Below, piece after piece: positions 61,217 to 64,000 of a stretch of DNA of 64,000 nucleotides. How positions within the stretch are numbered: position 1 is the first letter of the stretch; every line of letters starts with the position of its first letter. Under the pieces are notes generated by a model. The model was not told the DNA's origin, ran no database searches, and saw only the letters and a list, made by a program, of their open reading frames with translations. The position numbers were made by a program, and so were the translations under genes. The DNA comes from Syntrophorhabdaceae bacterium (GTDB taxonomy: Bacteria > Desulfobacterota > Syntrophorhabdia > Syntrophorhabdales > Syntrophorhabdaceae). The DNA lies in contig OY762209.1 in the NCBI GenBank assembly GCA_963665295.1, positions 608,001-672,000 of the forward strand, given 5' to 3'.

Positions 61217-63163
61217 TTACGTCCTAATTTCCCAATCATCCGGCACAAGCGCTTTGCCATCGGTCCACCGTTCTATCGTGGCTGCCATGTAATGCTTATC
61301 ATCTGAGAAATATGCGTGCTCCAGTACCAGAAATTGCAGGGAGTTTTCTTTGGCGAAACGATACAAAAAATCAAAATACCTTTGCAGGTTTGTAACCTCT
61401 TTTGATTTTTTTAATACTATCTCCTTTTGGGGTTTTCCTGGGTCTGCCGGGTAATATGGTCGGCTTAGCTGATCCAAAATGATAAATCCTGGCACGGGCT
61501 TGGAAATAAGACCAAAATGTTTATGCAAGGCAAGAATCACTGCCAGGTGAAGGCTGAGATAATTCTCGTCGGAGCCAATGTCGCGCATTGGGATTCTGCG
61601 TGTTTCTCCCAGAATACCCGATTCAAGTTTTCTGGGATCAAAAAAGACCGGTCTTCCGTCATATGTCTTGTCAAACGGAAGTTCCTTTAAGATGCTCGTG
61701 GCGGCTTGGGATAATATTACTGATGTGTCCTGTAACCGGTCGAGTTTGGCAGATACATCCAGTTCAGACTCTAATGACGCAATTTCCTCGCGGAGAGCAG
61801 ATAGGCCTTCCTTTGGAAATATTTGTTCGCTCGCTTCAACGCTGGTCTCCAAGAACAGGCTCACCCTTCCGACGATCCTCTGACGTCTCTGATCCAAATC
61901 TACATGCATTTGTATTTGCTTTTCTTCTTGAATTAGCGAGGCTTTACGCTTTCTAAGCTCTGCGAGTTTCTCTGCCACCTTTTCTTTTTGGTTTTCGAGA
62001 TCCAATAAATAATTTCCCAGCTTTGGCCGGTCGCTTCTTACGTGCTCCAATTCAGCTCCGACCTTTCGTAACGCCGTCCTTACTTCATTTGCCAAGTCAT
62101 GGCCTACGGACAATGGCTGCTGGCACAGGGGGCATTTATGATCATCCGTTAAGGGTATCAAATCTACTGCCTTTAACCGCAACTGTTGAAGGTTGGTAGT
62201 ACTTTCATACTCGTCGGTCTGATTCAAAAAAAATTTTGCAGATGAGATTCTGCTCTTAATGCGTCGCAGTTCTGATATAACAGCGTTTTCTTTTTCAGTA
62301 ATCTCATCCAGTTCATCACTACCTTCAAAAGGCGACTTCTCCGTCGTCCACTCGGCCACTGAGCGCAATGCCTCAGAGACTTCCGCAATAGAGACCTCGT
62401 CGGCTGATGGAATGGTACCGTCATATAGTCCAACTTGAGAGGCTTCAGCTAAAAGATTAAGAGATCGTGATACTTCCTCATTCTTAAGGTTCTGAACGCG
62501 CGCATATCGTCTTTCGGCTTCCGCCAGGGCACGCCGCAACCTCGCGAGGCGATTCTCTTTGGCGACGGTTTCTTCATCGGTAATTCCGAGAAAATAGGGC
62601 AACGTGTCGATAATGCTTTGCCGTCTTTGATCGTTTGCTCCACGAAAAAGAGTTGTCTTACTGATAATAACATCATCATCGAGTATCAAATACGGGATTA
62701 AGTTGCGTGCCGAAATTCTTGCTCGGGGCCTCGTTCCCGAATCGAATGTTTCCGATTGGACATCTCCAAGACCTATTATCTGTTCAAATTTCCGCACAGC
62801 CCCGTCCCGATTTGTTATTGTGTGTAAATCGCTAGAAGTAGGTGGTATGTTAATCTTCTCCCCAACGAGAAAGAAAAAATCCTCACTTTTGGTTTTGTTC
62901 GGGTCTGGGGATTTACGACAGACCAGAAAGCGAGTCTGTTGCTGGACCCAGAGTAAACCAAACCATGAACAGGCATTCCTGATTCTATCGGGGATATGGC
63001 ATTTTGATGAGCCCATGACAAAATCAAATATTTCGGAAATGGCTGATTTGCCTGTGTTGGAATCTCCCGTAATGATATTGACTTTCCCTGGCTTTAGTTT
63101 TATTGTTCTCTGCGATTTGTCATGATCCCATAGAATTATCTGTTCAAGATTCCAATATTTCAT
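61217..63163 (-). CDS. lmuB: SMC-like ABC ATPase (DUF3732; Lamassu LmuB / ABC-3C ATPase)
   Basis: Walker A GDSNTGKS, LPYFLG, coiled coils, CPLC zinc hook, GSDENY, ILDQLSRPYY, LEHA. Confidence 0.85.
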   Translation of the reverse strand: MKYWNLEQIILWDHDKSQRTIKLKPGKVNIITGDSNTGKSAISEIFDFVMGSSKCHIPDRIRNACSWFGLLWVQQQTRFLVCRKSPDPNKTKSEDFFFLVGEKINIPPTSSDLHTITNRDGAVRKFEQIIGLGDVQSETFDSGTRPRARISARNLIPYLILDDDVIISKTTLFRGANDQRRQSIIDTLPYFLGITDEETVAKENRLARLRRALAEAERRYARVQNLKNEEVSRSLNLLAEASQVGLYDGTIPSADEVSIAEVSEALRSVAEWTTEKSPFEGSDELDEITEKENAVISELRRIKSRISSAKFFLNQTDEYESTTNLQQLRLKAVDLIPLTDDHKCPLCQQPLSVGHDLANEVRTALRKVGAELEHVRSDRPKLGNYLLDLENQKEKVAEKLAELRKRKASLIQEEKQIQMHVDLDQRRQRIVGRVSLFLETSVEASEQIFPKEGLSALREEIASLESELDVSAKLDRLQDTSVILSQAATSILKELPFDKTYDGRPVFFDPRKLESGILGETRRIPMRDIGSDENYLSLHLAVILALHKHFGLISKPVPGFIILDQLSRPYYPADPGKPQKEIVLKKSKEVTNLQRYFDFLYRFAKENSLQFLVLEHAYFSDDKHYMAATIERWTDGKALVPDDWEIRT

Positions 63164-63645
63164 ACACGCATCCCTAAACAATGGAGAGAGATTTGCATTG
63201 AACCGACCTGCCCAAACCATCTGCCTAAACGCTCGGCCATCTGCAGCGAGGTTTTTAATTGGCTGTTATCTGCAATGACTTTGCTCTTATTTTTTAATTT
63301 TCCGGTAACAACTATCTTATGTTCTGGCCCAAGCCCTATCATTCCGTTCGACAGGGCAAGATGGAGGCCGGATAACGAAAGCCGTTTTGCATCTTGAACG
63401 GAAGTGGCCAGTTCAGTAGGAACCCATGCATTACGATTGAGCCACTCCACCAATCCTGTCTTTGTATTCGTACCGTGTAGGGTCTTGGCATACAGACTGG
63501 AAGATACGATCGGTAAAGGTAGATAGACAAGGGGATACTCACAGCCAGCATCGTCTTCTTTCACATAGCCTTCAACAAATTGCCAAATAATTGAGGCTAC
63601 ATAGGCCGGGTTGGTGGCGGCGAAAATATCAAGCGATTTCTTCAT
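63160..63645 (-). CDS. ABC-three-component middle component (LmuC-like)
   Basis: NPAY...LVYLPLPIV...AERLGRWF...LGM; ATGA overlap with the ATPase. Confidence 0.75.
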   Translation of the reverse strand: MKKSLDIFAATNPAYVASIIWQFVEGYVKEDDAGCEYPLVYLPLPIVSSSLYAKTLHGTNTKTGLVEWLNRNAWVPTELATSVQDAKRLSLSGLHLALSNGMIGLGPEHKIVVTGKLKNKSKVIADNSQLKTSLQMAERLGRWFGQVGSMQISLHCLGMRV

Positions 63646-64000
63646 CGCTATTGTCTCCCTGTTGTTTAAGCCGGGCCTGATAATCTGGATGCCATCCAAC
63701 TCTCAATTCATCGGCAAGTTGCTGATAGATGCCGCTTGTATAGAACGGTTGATTCCAGCTCTTTCGAGGAGGAGGTATTTCCACAGAGGCATTTTGATGG
63801 GACCAGTCGAGCAGCTTTCGGCCCACTTCTTTCTTCGTACCTTCAGGCGAACGGGCATGATCATGCCGCATGGGACCGTGATAGTCTCTCCAGGCTTCTA
63901 CCAGTCTCTCGTCATATTCCGTCAAGGTCGTTGCGAGAGATATGTCGTATTCAAGCCACGCTCGGCGCTGGTTAATAGCCCGATATCTTGCCAAAGCAGC
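63629..64000 (-). CDS. ABC-3C effector C-terminal domain (LmuA-like; 5' part outside window)
   Basis: YRA..QR..W, YDERLVEAW, GIYQQLADELRVGWHPDY; overlaps the middle component. Confidence 0.75.
   Translation of the reverse strand, partial: AALARYRAINQRRAWLEYDISLATTLTEYDERLVEAWRDYHGPMRHDHARSPEGTKKEVGRKLLDWSHQNASVEIPPPRKSWNQPFYTSGIYQQLADELRVGWHPDYQARLKQQGDNSDEEIA

Overview
GC-rich chromosomal window from an anaerobic bacterium; gene content suggests Desulfobacterota/Syntrophorhabdus-like (inference only). It carries housekeeping genes (pal, cls, purB, prmA, proS, aroE, selD, livKHMGF) and a tungstate ABC transporter with two TupA paralogs and a divergent regulator. It also holds a perfect 170-bp tandem array abutting a 139-bp hairpin/MITE-like element, a divergent RpoD-like sigma factor, an anaerobic ergothioneine module (metallopterin-cysteine desulfurase fusion + EgtD + DinB), an mvhD pseudogene and the distal part of an AT-richer Lamassu/ABC-three-component defence locus. 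The best candidate for an undescribed system is a compact RiPP operon at 52.1-58.4 kb (minus strand). It encodes two Cys-containing precursors with a shared leader (LIVLVRxxPEEAVLxACK) that both end in Ser, three paralogous radical SAM/SPASM enzymes (one fused to an HPr-kinase-like domain), a stand-alone PqqD/RRE, and an S24/S26 peptidase-GNAT fusion whose catalytic Ser position is Cys. All calls are by motif recognition; no searches were run.
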